From contig NW_002060950.1 of NCBI RefSeq assembly GCF_000150275.1, positions 2,406,106 to 2,470,105 on the forward strand: DNA of 64,000 bases. The letters run 5' to 3'. Shown one piece after another: positions 1 to 15,403 of this stretch. Numbering within the stretch: position 1 is the stretch's first letter; the number at the start of each line of letters is the position of its first letter. The translations under genes were made by a program, and so were the position numbers. The DNA is from Trichoplax adhaerens (taxonomy: Eukaryota > Animalia > Placozoa). The notes beneath the pieces are model-generated. The model had not been told where the DNA came from. It saw nothing but the letters and a program-made list of their open reading frames with translations, and made no database searches.

Positions 1-59
1 TAACATATTAAATCCATTTAGATTATTTATTAATGCATACAACCTTTACCAATTTATAG

Positions 60-1590
60 TTAATCAAAGACCTACTGCTTTCTGATCATTTATCTACCAG
101 GGCAAGAAATCACTGGATAACGAAGGCATTTACAACTTTGAACTTTTTACAATTGCTTGCCTAGGAACAACACAGAGGCTTCAAATTACAACCAATTTTT
201 GAGAACTTCTTAAACATAGAAACGATATCATAAATTAGAAAATATACTGCATTTCAATGGATCTTGCCAAATTATGATAGCAAGAATAGTGAAGAACGAA
301 CAATTGCTGCCAGTTTAATCTCTAGTTATGTCATTATTTAATAGAAGCTAAACAGAGAGCAGATAGATTGTAACAAAATACCGAAGCATCATCTGCATAC
401 AATGTAAATCAAAGTTCTTTTAAGTAGAGTTAGTTTTGATTCATGAAGATTTGTGTTAACCAATTACAACTACTACAGTTGAACTATACCAATATAATTG
501 ATGCAATAAATTAGCCATCGGGTGACAAGATAGAAATCAGATTGAATATGGATCGCTTTCAAATTAAAATTTCTCCATCAGAAGTACGACTAAAAAGCTA
601 TATATTCCCTCTTTTTTGAGATATTTGAAGAAAGTTTTGTTTGTTTCACATGATTAATACCTTGCAAAACAACTGTATCTTATCAAGATAGAGAAATGAT
701 TCTCTCTGTATTATCAGTAAAGTATGGAAGTTATTGACGTATAAACATGAATAATATTGTGATATATTGTATTATCTCTATCTTGTAACAAATTGATCAT
801 CAAATTATTATTTTACGCTTGGTTGGATTTTCTGTTCTATAGGAAAATAATCTTGTTAGGAATTAATCAATGATGTTGCGATCACGGCAATCAACTATGA
901 AATGAACTCAAAACAACTGAAGGTCGATAAAGGAAACCAAGGATTTGAAGTAGTAACATTAAAAATTAATGTTCGTTTATTATGGAGATATGTAATACAG
1001 CAAACTGCCTTAATAAAGCCTTAGAATTTACATTCTAGAAACTAGCTCAAATAATTACAATCCGTGGTTGACTAGCAAAATAATAGAATAAAGTTTATTC
1101 GCACTTGAGTAAGTACGATATTTTTTAGTCTATCATAAGGTCGATTTTAAATGATGAATTTGATCCATTCTATTCCGTTCATCTGTGGGCATGCTATGAT
1201 GAAACGAATAAAATCAATAGAACAAAAAGAGTAGCAGTAAATGCTGTCTTAAGAAAATTTCAATGACGGTCTAATGAGAAATTGTACTTGAAAGAGATCC
1301 ATCTTTACAATATTAATCCATTAATGACGGTATAGAATGGATTTGATTAATACAAAAAAATTTTTAATCGCCACGCTTTGATATCATACCTTGAATATAG
1401 ATAGGGAAAAGCGATCAAAAGTTGTCTTCAAGAATGGATTTTAGTAATCGTTCTATGTTACAATTTAGAATACAAGTGGGAAGAAATTGGTGTCAATTTA
1501 AACTTATACCAATCTAGCCTACAACAGAATAGAGCCAATCTAGGAAAGACAATCGTTTCAATGATGAATTGGGTGGAATTGATGTTTTAA
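60..1590 (+). pseudogene. Possible decayed DED/death-domain gene remnant
   Basis: Open segment 1405-1590 reads GKAIKSCLQEWILVIVLCYNLEYKWEEIGVNLNLYQSSLQQNRANLGKTIVSMMNWVELMF*, resembling the death-domain pattern (L..kW.elg..L.l....l..I...M...W). Fragments at ~60-250 (IKDLLLSDHLSTRAR..., ELLKHRNDII) resemble a death-effector domain with an RxDL-like motif, broken by stops and frameshifts. Recognised by eye only. Confidence 0.3.
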
Positions 1591-4500
1591 ACAAGTCAAT
1601 AAAATTGAAAACCCAATAAGATCTTTCCAATACAACTCTTTCTGATCAAATAACTGAAACATTATCATTTCCTTCCCATTTTATAGATGACGGTACCAAA
1701 TGTAGTTTGCAATTGACCTAATTATCCACTTAACAAATAAGAACAATATAACACCAGACTATTCAAATTTATGCAGCATCTCTCTATTGCCGTCAATGAG
1801 AATGACAATACTTGTTTTGTCGCAATTACTGATGACTGATTAAGTCAACATCGTCCAAGCAATTACTGCTTAGCTGATCAATCAAAATAAAAGGTTAGTG
1901 ATTGATTTGATACTTCATCAATTGACAGTCTCAAAGAGTAGATCACACAGTATTGTTGGTTCTCATGGTGATCATCGTCATAATTACACAATCTATCATG
2001 TTAATTCTTATTACGACATTAAAATAAATTGAAAATGAATTTATTACAGGCTTTATATCATAATCAACCAATCAAGAAATAGATAATTCAATGTAGGTGA
2101 TAGAATCATAATAGTTAGTCATCATATCTACTGACGCTAAGAATAAAAAAGTAACAATATTTTAGCCGCTTCATTGAAAGACTATCACACATTTGATTAT
2201 TCTTGTTGAGTAAATACTAGAGATTGACCAATTAATAAGCGAACTTGTAGGCTTTTCCAAGTGGTTGTGGATAGATCTACTGTTAGATAAAAAAATAAAT
2301 AGATTACGGATCGATAAAGTACCGTATATAGGATTCGATTGGACTGCTATTATTCTACTCTGCACAACAAATCTTTGTGATCATTCTCCAATCATTAGTA
2401 CTTGATTACATAAACCTCAATTCGATGTCATAGGACATACAAATGGCTTATGCTATGATTTTTTTAGATTGAAAAGTGGTTTCATGCACATTATTACATC
2501 AGCATCATCAAGACTACCTTATATTCTGTAGTAATTTCCGTTATCTACCTTTGATAAGATCATTTTTAAATACTTACTGTATGTCCTTGGAATTAAGCAA
2601 TTTATTATCGCTCACGGAGACTAAAAATATTCGCTTTTGCGGAATAATCTCTTATAGTTGTTCAAAATTTTATAGATTGGATATGTAAATCAAGAGCTCA
2701 TACTTTAAATGATGCGAGGTTGTCATTCTACTCTTATATTATTGCTGGTACTAGAATACCGCTAAAGAAATTCTGATATTACTCATTTACTCACAATATG
2801 ATAGAGTTAAAATGATTACATCCAAATCTTGTAAATCGATTGCGTATATGCTGTCTAATTACAGCTACTTTTGAAGACAATAAATATTTCCAGAAAGAAT
2901 TACCGGTATCGTCTTTATATAGAATATTGAATGGGATATTTATCCCAATTACGAGAAATAGCACAGTTCAAATTCATTCAAATAATTACAGAGCAAAGAA
3001 ATAAAGATGTTATTCATCCACCAAGTTTTTTTAAATGACCTACCTTTTATTATAATATTATACTTTATAATTAAGAATGTTGATCAAACTATCAGTAGTT
3101 AATAGCCGTATTATGATTGCTACCGGTACTAAAAATAAATACAGTAGTCTACTGTAAGTCATACAATATGGCCGATCTTGTTTTGATTTAGGGATTTGAG
3201 TCAACTAGTAGAAAGCTTAAGGTAAATATAGTTTTATTTTGAGCTTAGCAACAGCCCAAGATAATGATTTGGTACCCTGTCATTGCGATGTCATACTTTA
3301 CACGTAATTGATTTCATGATCTTCTATAGAGCTGTAGCAAATTTAATATTTATTGTACATTCTATTGATTATAAGTTCTTATTTAGAACCAATTCTTCTG
3401 ACTTTTGAAATTTCATTAAGGTAGGAACTTCTGAAGATAATGTAGTGCAATGAAACTGTATCTTAATGCTATATTCAATCTAATTCTCGTTTCAAACATT
3501 TCTATAAATGATTCATTCTTGCACTGTATATTCAATAGCATGATTGTCGTTGCTCCGCTTGCTTAAAATTGATATTTTAATGTACTGTATTGACCAATGT
3601 ATCGATGCCCACCAAGAATTATATTTTTAGATATTATATGCTACTTAATTGTATTACATCCTTCAAAACAGATATTATTTTAATTATACGCGTATGATTA
3701 GTAATATCTGCTAATAATTCAATAATAAACAAATCTTTACATAATATATCTCTGTTAATATAAAGTCGACTTATCCAGTACCAACTATTTCTTAAACGAT
3801 TACAGTGTATATTAACAGCCCCTCCCATTAAGTGATAGGCCACACATGATTTGATTAATTTTGGATAGCGCAATGCAATGAGAAAACTATAATGATTGAA
3901 GGAGAACTAGAAGCATGCTTTACATATTTTAAAATAGATAAATACCGTAGAATAACTTCTCAAATCTAGAAATGTCTAATATTAGGTTAATATAATCATG
4001 CTGTATTGATATAGACCGATAGAAACTATAATATTCCTGCAATTTAATTGAAAGAGATATTAAGTCTGCTATCTTAAAAGGGATTATCAAAAATGATAAA
4101 ATTCTGCTAATCTCCTCCAACTTTGGTAGAAGATTAAATGTAAGCATTCCCAAAAACCTTCGCAGTCAATCTGATAGCATTTATAGGACAAGTCAACCAC
4201 GGTTGAGACTCTGCCAAGTGTGGTCTTTCATTAGATTACTAAGATCACCTTTATGCAGGTTAGAAACTAGAATGCTTAATTCTTCTAACAAGCAGTGCAT
4301 AAATTAACAAATTAATGTACACCATTATATTAAAGTGATTTATCTTGTACTGCAGGTAAGCATTATACATTCAATGGCAATACAAAAGAATAAGAAAATA
4401 AGAAATTCCAATTTCATCCTTTGATGAAATTTAATGTCTCATTGGATGCTAGGGTTGATAGAGCATGAGATGGTCATTTCTTCATTAAGGTTCGTCAATA

Positions 4501-7500
4501 TTATGAACTAGATAGCTCTAAAATGCAGGCTACTGTTTGTTAAAGGCAATGTTTCATATGCTAAAAATTTATTCTCGTTGTTTCCCAGTGATTACGTTGC
4601 AGCCGCAATATGATTAACATGAGATAACTTACTATAGAATTTATTGATGGTAATTTTATCAATAATGTTGTATTTCGTATATTTTTTGTGTAATAAAATT
4701 CAAATCCAGGGCAAAATTTATAAATAATTATCGCTTTTTATTACAATTTATTGAGAATCCAAAGGCTAATGGAGGATAGTAACTAACATTACAGAAAAAG
4801 GCCTCTTTATATATAGCCGATAAAAACATCTTCGATCACCCTTATAACTGGCTAAAACTTCCTAATTAGCGCAGAAATGACACCTACTGATACTAATCTA
4901 TCATATATTACCATCTACTTTTCCATATGGGGCATAGATGATAGCTAACTACATTTTTATCTCTTACTTCAGTCGATAACGTGATTATGACTATCAAGAC
5001 AGATACATCTTTACTAATATAGGATCTCTTCAACTAACATCAACAGCTATTTTAGTTGATCTTGCTAACTTCACATATAAGCAATTGCATAATCCTTTCC
5101 ACTCGTATAAGTAATGATAGATACTTGATATTTCTATAGCTGCATCATAAATTGTTAGATTTTACAATGAAAGTTAGGCTTCAGAGTTTAGTCCATTAAA
5201 TTGTAGTTATTGTAGTCTCGTAATAATCTCCTATCGTCTACATTTGAGTCATATTGTAGTTAAAAAATTGTTGAAAAGGACAAGACTGACAGGGATTTGT
5301 AGTTTCCTAATCATTTCACATTGCAAGTATTAGTTGATAAAGAGAATGTTTTAAAATTTTTGCGATCCTAAATAGTGCATGCATATTGATAGGTAAGATC
5401 AACTAAGCAGCTTGCGATATTCATAATAAACAACATATGATCAGATATTTCGTTTTTAAATTAACATCTGCCATACTGTAAATATTATTTATTACAGTAA
5501 TCTGACAGCAGGAATTCAAAATCGCCTAGCTATTGTATAAGCAAACGATTTGACACTGGAAGAAATTAAACCGATGTAAAATCTGCGTAAATGAGGTATG
5601 GATCCTAGTACGCTAATCGTACCGTTTAGACGTAAATTATAGAAGTTCATTCCAAATAGCTATAGCTAATATTACAGAATAATAACATAATTAAAAAAGT
5701 TAGACGTATTTGAGAAAATTATTCTAGAAAAATCTCGTTGATAACTAAATTTATAAATTTATCTTTACAGATTTTAATTGCTAGTCACACTACAATTGAC
5801 CAATAGATTGATGTAATCGTTTAAGATTTATGATGTAACCGTATGGCTACTACATAGTAATCTTATATAGTAGGCAATAAAGATGTAACCATTGCAACAG
5901 GGAATTATTATGATTTGTTGCCACTAATAGTTAATTTTATTATTATCGCGACATATATAATTTGAAATTTTGAATAAATAGCGAAATAAGATTGAATAAC
6001 CATTTTTATAATGTATGCTAATTTTAACATAGAAATACCGATTTATTTGAATCAATACATGATTAGTGATGATAAGGACGCAAAATGCTAATAAATATTG
6101 ATGTTTCATAGAATTTCATTATAAGTATTTTAGAGTTACTTCTTAAAAGTATTGGGTAACAATTTTAAGGCTTAAGCTTGTCAATAGTTACATAATAATT
6201 TTGCCTGTCTTTAGCAAAAACAGATACTATTTTTTTGACTATGTTATTGATCGAATTTTAAACAACAAAATGATAAAGTAAATTAATTAAGGAAACGCAG
6301 GGAAATCATATAAATTATTAATGAAAATAAAAACTGTTTTAGAGCTATTACTGTGACTACGCTTACAAACAAAGATTTTAATTACTTTAGGGATGATATT
6401 ATGATCTTTCACTATATGACATTTTGTTAATATTCCAAATTACGATCGCTAAGGTTACTCTTACTTTTTAAATTATTAATATCTGCAGATATTCCATTTC
6501 CTCTACGTCACTCGGATATTTTATCCCTATAATTTTTAAAGCATAAATGATCATTTCAATTAAAATTATATCAAGGTATGGTTTACTTCGTAATATAACC
6601 ATATACCATACATACATCAGGATGCGTTTCGCATATTTTGACTACTTCAATAATAATAATACCATTTCGTGACTACTCTAGCTGGATATTTAGTTATGCC
6701 AGCAAACTCTTTCAATTGATCTCTTTACCATAATTAAAATTTTAAGAAATTTGTGACGAAATTGCCATAATTGAGTTCATTTTTTAAGAAACGATTTATT
6801 GTAGCTATATGTCAATGAAAATGTATTTAATCAATATCAATGCAAATTAAATCTACGTATGAAATGCGATCGATAAATATTTCATCAAATTTTGAATTAA
6901 AGTAGTCATAATTCATATTTATGGATTAATAGACTAAAGTCAAAGTATTAAGTTCCACTTTTGTCGTATTCCCATATTCACGTATATCGACTTTTGTTTT
7001 CATTTTATGCCTACAAAGTTTGCCTGCTACATCTGACAATGTTATCGTAAATCGCATGTATTTTTTACGTAACTATTTCCTAGAGTCAGCTACTGTATCT
7101 TGGATAACTAATTACGGTTAAATATATAATACATATCATTACAGCCATGGGAAAGCCCATAGATTTACTTATTAAAAATCTCCTAAAATCATTATATTAA
7201 ATAAGGCAAACAATTCTACAGCACGAAATGATAGATGCAAGGTTTCGGACTGTGATTATAATCTCATGATCTATGCAATCGGCCTACAGCTATGGAAGGC
7301 TATAAGATACTATTTGAACTTTAACTTCAACAAGAAAATTGTTCTTCGTCCTCTTAAGATTCATTATCTAGTAATATTCTGAAAGTAAATGATTAGACTG
7401 AAATATGTAACTCCGTAAAGATGTACATACTCAAGGTAAATAAGCTTGACTTTGTTACCGAAAAGCAGCTGCCTAAACTATTGATGATTATCATCATGAT

Positions 7501-10500
7501 AAAGATTAAAATGTTACTTCCACTCTTAGAAACACTAAGTCTCATAAAGTTAAATAGATAATCGTTGATTATCTTCTAAACGAATAAAACTGCTTTTTAA
7601 AATCTCAAACGCCAGTTACAATCGGCCATTCACAGCTCGTAAATTGAAGACATATTTAAAACTAGTGTTTTAATTATAATCGGACTGTAATGAGATATCA
7701 GCTCGAGCAAAATATTCTTGAAAATTACAAAAGTATTTTACTGTAGACATTGAAATGATTTGTATGCTAGCACATTCTAATGGCATAAGATGAATTTTCG
7801 GGTTCATGAATTCAAAATGTAAATTCTTTATCTGTTTTTTATTACGTCTGTGTTGGATAAGGAATTGTACCGTAGTAGCTATTTAATTATAATGGTAATC
7901 ATAATTTTTTATATGATTTAATTTTTATGAAAAAATTTTGTATTCAATAACATAATAAAATCGATACTTTAGGGAGGAAATTTTCGACAGGACAGACAAC
8001 AAGATTTAATAATAATTTAACATTTGCATGATCTGTATTAGTTAGAAAGTATGATTGATCTCGCAAATAAGTTCGATTTCACATTGAGATTTAAATCCTT
8101 GTTATCAATTAATTGCAATATACTGCATAGCTTAAGAAATATATCAGTATCTGGGACGAAATCGAACTGTAGGTTTGTCTTTAAATTTCAATTACATACC
8201 GCACAAAATTGCCATGATGAAAGAATTATGTATTTATCGTCATCCTTTAGTAAAACGATTATTACAATGCGCTACCGCCTATACTTACTTTCATGGTGAT
8301 ATTTTCTTTTGCCGACTATTCAAGTATGTCGATGAAGATTCTATTTATGTATAATATGAAGACAAGATGACCAATTTCGTCGCTATGGCATAGTTGCTAT
8401 TTTTCGCTCTTTTACTGTTTTTGGCAGCTAGAAATTTTACGCGGGTTGAAGTGTGACGAGCAACACCTTACGAAACAATTAATGAATAGCGTGGTAAATT
8501 TAGAGTATTTTATTTTTTCCGTTCTTGTTTTATTAGTTCAATTTGGAATTTAATCGTTGACTTATATTTTGATAGAATATAGGAAATTTTTAGTCATTTA
8601 GCAGTTTCTAATAGTAGTAAAAGGTGACCTATTATACGATTAATTCATTGGTAAATCGCTGTTACAAATTCTCAGTATTCCTTTTCCAAGAAAATAAAAT
8701 TTTGTCTACGTTCAATTGTTTATTAGTGATATGCAGACCATATTTGACGGTAAAAATTCTATAATTAGCCTTAGCCAAGTTAACAAAGCATTGTCATGAC
8801 CTCCGATTGAAAAAGAAGATATTAGGTAATTAATCTTTAACGTTCATTGATCTTGGTTGATTAACGTGAGTTATCTATTTACGTTATATCATAGAATTGA
8901 ACTTAGATATATATGTATAAGATATAAGAATTCTCACTTTGCGCAGATAATCAAAGGAAATTTGCTATCATGATTAAAAATGAGTTATCAGAAGGGAACT
9001 CGGAAATGTATAAGAACAAAGACTGGGATCTTTAATAGACTTCGAAAGTAAATAAAGAAATTATGATCAAATAAGATGGTAAGGACTTGCCATGCTAAAA
9101 TTGGACTAAAAATTGTAAATCCGGCGATCTAGCTTTAAATTAATTTCGGCCTTTAACTTTAATTACGCAAGCACCTAAACCTATTTAGATATTCCAAAAT
9201 TGGAAATTGGAAATTGGATTGTAAAATCTCTACGCATGGCAGATTTGTTCGAACTCTCAGCTAGTTTAAACTAGACTATCCTTCATTAAATTTCTTGAAT
9301 GGCTGACGAACGATAGGCGATTGAGTATTTTTTCTATAATATTTTAACGAAATAATAAATAGTCATGACTTTGAACCTTTTATTATTGAGACATGAAAAT
9401 TAAGTACTTAACACTAATTTGAATGATTCTTTGGGCCGTTAAAAGAATCTCATCGATAGATCAATTTTAATAAGTGGAGAGTTTATACATGTTGATCAAT
9501 TAAACCTGCGTTTTCAAAGAGGAAGAACTATCCGGCATTTATTCCAATCTACTACAATAGATGAATATCGACCAGTTATATTAAATTAGGAACATTGTTA
9601 GATGTTGATGGCGTCATAGCAGGAGAGCAGCGTAACTATGCAATCAATAAGTCTTAAACATGAATTAACAGACACTGATATACTGTAATTATGTGATTAC
9701 TATCGTCGGGGAATAAAGTAACCCTAATAAATAGGTCCAAGATTGTGACTACAACTAAATTTACATTTATAAGCCAATCAATTTTCTTCTACAAAACTCG
9801 TTTTATCTTATTTTTATTCTGCAAGTTATTCACATAATTTATAATTGAATTAAATTAAAATGCTATCATGTACCTTTTCTCTTAATATCAAAATTAGAAG
9901 ATATTTGTCCTAAAATTTTAGGATAACTTGATTATGATCATATTGATAACATTTACTTAGGGATTATTAATTAGTTAAAAAAAACCTTAAAATCGATAGA
10001 ACTTCCGAAATGATGGTATTATTCGATAAAGGAAAAAGATTATCTGATCGTTTCTATTCGGTAACTATGGGAACTTATACAATTTATCCTTTCCTTCTAT
10101 TTTGAATCAATGAAACACCAAATAGAGAAAATAATGTTAGAACTAACAAACTAAACAGTAGAGGCCGATCATGGTGAGCATTTTGGATAATGATTAGTAA
10201 GAATTTCAGAAATTTCAATGACCCTAACCGGGGGAATTTGCAGGCGTTTTGATTCGATGGGTATACAAGCAATAATTTACCGACGAGAATGGAGTCAATA
10301 TATTTCAGGTAAATGTCACGCAAGGAATTGAAAATAACTTTCATGATCTACCCATTCTTTACATTGCACAAACCTATTCAATTACCTCATGGTATTCCTA
10401 ATCCCATTTACTTTTTAACACTTTATTCGCGTCAAATTTTTTTCCATGGCCTTATTTTTTGAAGCAGTTCACGTCATATTCATAACATAAACAGCATAAA

Positions 10501-11025
10501 AGAAATTCAATTTCCAGCCATGTTTTATTCAGCCATTTATGCCTCCTGAGATATAGGTATAAAAGAACTATTAAATAGTATTGAAATATGTATTGAATTT
10601 TAAAAATGTACTGTAATGTTATTATTCATAAATTAGATTGTGAATGAAAATTATTAATTCCTTGCCAATAATGCTGAATGGTTACCTTTAGCTAAATGAA
10701 TGCCGCTATGATAACAAATCATTCATACAATTTTATTGTCCTTAGGTAAACACCAATATCGTCTCGACATTCTTTTATTTAAATTCAGATGTTTCATCCT
10801 ATTCAGTACAGTCAGTGTCGAATACTGCATCCAAATTATTTCATCGAACATAAACTAATGACTGTCTTTAACGAGGATAAAATCGATTTTTCCTTGCAAG
10901 AAGTTGAAAAATTTTGACCATTTATTTCCTACTTCATGTCTATTCTAAAGTAAATAGCACAACTTTAGAATTATCAATACAAAATTTCTATGATATTAGG
11001 ATAGAATCACTCTTACAACAAAACG

Positions 11026-14000
11026 ATGTCAGCAAGAAATCCACCTTTAGTTGTACTACATATTCCACATAGGAGTAAAGTTATACCTAGTCTATCACCA
11101 TTTTGTTTAAAATTAGAAACTTTCCTACGTATGGCGAATGTCCCATATCAAATAAGCTATGGGATGAAACGATCTAAAAAGGGAAAATTGCCCTGGATAG
11201 AAGTTAATGGTGAACAGATCGACGATTCCAATTTTTGTGTCAAACATTTAGAAAATCTATTTACCGTCCATCTTGATTCACATTTAAATAGTCAAGAATT
11301 AGCAATATCGTATGCTTTTTGGAAAATGCTGGAAGAAAACACGTATTGGTAAGTTGTAATTAAGCTTACTTACTAATTAATTTTGATATATAACGTGAAT
11401 ACCCAAAGTGGAATAATAATCTTTAAATTAATACGTTTTAAGTCGATTATCTTTATCGTTACCCCTTTCCTCTATGATGGTGCTATAATTTTGCTTTCTA
11501 TTCTCGAAAAATAAGGCAAAAATACTACAATTGGCTTTAATATAACATAGATGAAAACTAAGAATTGACTTCAGAATCAGATACAACGTGAATATAATAA
11601 TTATGGCGCTAAGTACTTTAATTTGGACAAGTATTGATCAATACAAAAATTTTTGTTTTATCCAATTAGTTTATTTTGCTATTGTGGGCAGTTTTACTAG
11701 ATTTTAATCTTTGGTGATAAAGTCTTAATAATTTTGTGGACATACAAGAGAATGTTAGTATTCCTTTGGAATGCCTTTCATTGACTTCTTACTTTTTCGA
11801 TAAAATTTAGAAATTATGGATTGTACACCAATAGTCATAAGATCTACCGTATACCCATTCAGCTTTCGTTTTCGAGTATATAGTCATCTAGATAGCAAAA
11901 AATTTACGGCATTAAAAGACGCCAAACGTCTTCCTGATGAAGATTACTGTCAATATGTCAAAATTTTATTCATATGGTAATTAAAAAGGGCACACGGAAT
12001 TACTAATAACTTGAATAATAACATTCAATTTTTGACCTGAACTTCAACACGCCGTAATCCAAGATATTAACTTAGATAGACAGTTGCCTAGCGAAATATG
12101 TAGGAAAAACTTTTAGGTCCTTATCAGAGTATTTCTAATTATAGATTCTATAGATGTGTGGAAAGTTAAGTCATAGTTCTCATTTCACTACAATTGATTC
12201 ACCAACATTTGTTCATCAGACTTATTGTCTGGCCAAAGGTGGCAAACTTTAGCCATTTCTAGCTATAAATTCCACACACTTATTAAAACTCAACCAATAG
12301 CCCCAGCTCTTTGCTTTAATACATTAGGCAAGATATATTCAACAGCCTTTTTACCTTACTAAAATAGGCGCAAGTATTAGCCTATGAACACTTCAGTGTC
12401 TTATTTTCGAGTACTCGTATCGCAAGGTCAATTTTCTATAAGGAAACTAACCAATTGAGAAAAAGCGACTGTCTGCAAGCGTTATATGGCTATAAAGTAC
12501 ACAAGCTTGTATGGCTTTTATGATTTCGAAGTAGCTATAACTTTATTATGATTCTATTAAACATTGCAAAACATCAATAAGCTTGGAGATATACATGATT
12601 TTGAAAATTAAAATACTGGCAACCTTTTCAAGCAGATATTATTACATCATAAGTGCTTTTACATCTGATTATGAAATTCTCATAGAATACGTACGCGTGA
12701 AATAGATATTAGAAGTATCTTCTATGATCATGATCATTTATTAAAGCGGTAATAGTCGTAAAATAGTGCAGAACCTTAGAAGAATATCTATTGCATTGAA
12801 TGACAATATAGACGACATAGGCATTAGCTCTAAAAGACCAGCTAGCTAAATTATTAGCACGAATAATACCGACGTTGTGAGACGGCTTTTCGCAAACAGC
12901 AACAGCGTTTGCAATTACGCTAAAGAGAAAGTATTTTTACTCAGAAATCATTAAAATGTCAGTATTTTTCGATAAAATGTGCTAAAGTTTACTGTTTTCC
13001 AATACATTAACAGTATCTTCACTTAGTGCATGACTTTGATCATTCTAAGATTCACAATTATACATCATTGAAGGTGGTATGCTCATCATACTGCTTCGAC
13101 AACCGGCTGATTTATGTAGGTGCTTTCTAATAAATTTTTAAGAATCATCTCAGACAATGTTTAATTTCTGTAAAGTCGGTTTTCGCCAATGGTACTGCTA
13201 GCTACGGTACTCAATGAAGGCCTTACAGATGCATTCATTTTTCGAAAATACCATTAAGGCCTCTAGGTATATTTAATTCACTTCATGTGGTTATTCATAT
13301 TTTCAATTATTTATAACCTGTATTGAATTTTGCATAGTTATCATTATACGTAAAAATCTTGAGATCTATGTTCATTATAATAATGGAATTAGGAAATACT
13401 TTGTTACAATAATAAATTTACTTAAATTAAATAATACCGAATGCGGGGCTCATAGCTTGTTTCTAATTTATCTAACCATCGTTACTTTTCGGTAGCAAAG
13501 TAATAACCAACAAAAACTTAAATTAATATAAGATATTTATAAGGAATGATTAGTAAGTCATCCACGTCTATTTTGAATTGATTTAACAGATTTACCGTTA
13601 GACTAGAGATAAATTTGGGATATTTTAGCAACATCATTTTTTAATTTGCCTACGTAATTGCAATACTAACAAACTTTGGTGTTTTGATTTCTACTATTAT
13701 AAAAGATTTACTCCTTATTAAGATGGAAGCTTTTAAAAGCAGATTAAAGAAGTACAGACGTTACTTCTCATCGTACGTCTGCATATTTTTAGATTCATTA
13801 GTGACTATATCACCATGGTTTAATGACTATGCCAAGCAACGATATATTACTTTACCTCTCATTCAGCGATGTTGACAATTATTATTTCACATTGATGTCG
13901 TGATTGTCAATTTTTCTTGTCAGCAATATTGAAACTATAAGTATAGCTTCGAGATTGGCGTCAAAGTGATAACAAAGACAGGCCATCTGATAGTCAGAAT

Positions 14001-15403
14001 AAATTCCTCAAGAAATAGTCAAGAATTTTTGCGTACCATGTCACGCGAAAATTTTTCAATTGTTGCCCCATTTCCTGCGTCATGTTCAAAAAGGTTTTCT
14101 ATTTCCGTCGTTCTGCTTACACCACGTCGTAATGAATAGGAGAGTTACCTACATAGCCAAAAATTTTATCCCATTTCAATCAAACTATTCTTTCCCTATT
14201 TTCGTTGCTCTTACCGATCGATTTGGATACTGCCTTGACAAATGGTTGATGGACGCTAAACAGTTCATTGTAATGTAGACTATTGCAACGGTTGTTCTAT
14301 AAGCAACTTTGCTATTTTATGGCCTATCGCTGGACGTCATAATTTTCTTACTGTAGTAGATTACCTAGTATATTCAAAGAATTGAATGATAATTTACTCG
14401 ATAAAGAGTTATATTCTAATGACATTAATACTTAGGATAACCTCTTTCTCATTTCATACCGTTAGGGTTATATTATATGATCGATGGGTTAGTAATTATA
14501 CTACGTTTAAAAGTGAATTTCTTCAAGATAGCTATCCAAGTATTTTGCGTAGCCTCGCTCCAGCTGTCTTACAAAAGAACTATAAAAAGCAATTATTTGC
14601 TCAGGGTATGGGTCGACATCATCCTGAAGAAGTATACACCATTGGTCGTAAAGATTTAATGGCTCTATCGGAATTTTTAGATGATAAAACATTTATGATG
14701 GGTGATAAGCCTTGTACGGTAAGTAAAAACGACGATGATTTGATAATAACTCAGTCATTCTTTAATTGAAGACTAAAGATTGGACATGAATATTGCTAGT
14801 TTAGATATTATGATAATTCTATTAATTATTATGTTGTTGCAATATTTTATTGCTTTGTGTAGCCTTTTTTATTTAGTACTACAACTTTACTTTTGTCACA
14901 AACCAGCTGCGCGACCAAGATAACGTAAAAAAATCTCGAAATTACTATAGTCTCCGGAATTCAGTATCCCTTAACTATCTCACAAGGATTTAGAAACCTT
15001 TGCTTCTACGTTAAACAAATATAGAATTCTTTTTTTATTTAATTATCTGCTGAGCTTAAATACCCTTATAAGTAGATACAGTCAGTCGATTTTAGTTCGA
15101 AAACAAGAATTCCTTGTCATTAGCATTCTTATTAGATCAAATATATAAGTTATGCCTATCATAAATGTAATGCACCTGCGGTGATATTGATTTAATATGT
15201 TCTAATAATCGTTTTTAATTTTACTGTTGTAGCTGGACGCAGTTGCCTTTGCCGTGATTGCAGTCATTTTATACTCTTTACCAAACTCAGAACTTCAAGC
15301 GTATTTAGCTAGCCGAGATAATCTAGTTCTCTACTGCAAAAGAATGAAAGAAAAGTACTGGTCTGACTGGGATGAAGAAATAATTGGACAAATTAAATCA
15401 TGA
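11026..15403 (+). CDS. FAXC: Failed axon connections (FAXC)/metaxin-like GST-fold protein, 3 exons, 248 aa
   Basis: Exons 11026-11348, 14466-14718, 15233-15403, all GT-AG and phase-compatible (747 nt). Motifs PSLSPFCLKLETFLRMA, KGKLPWIE.NGE...DS, KMLEENTYW, GMGRH, DL.ALSEFLDDKTFMMGDKPCT.D and YCKRMKEKYWSDW are typical of FAX/metaxin-like GSTs. Confidence 0.9.

Noticed and set aside
9908-9923. 16-bp palindrome tcctaaaattttagga, and an 11-bp inverted repeat at 18097-18120
   Set aside because: Very AT-rich and plausible by chance at this composition; no other support.
2171-10344. Short ORFs (61-86 aa) in the first 10 kb
   Set aside because: Composition typical of random AT-rich DNA, no domains, and no consistent splice chain.
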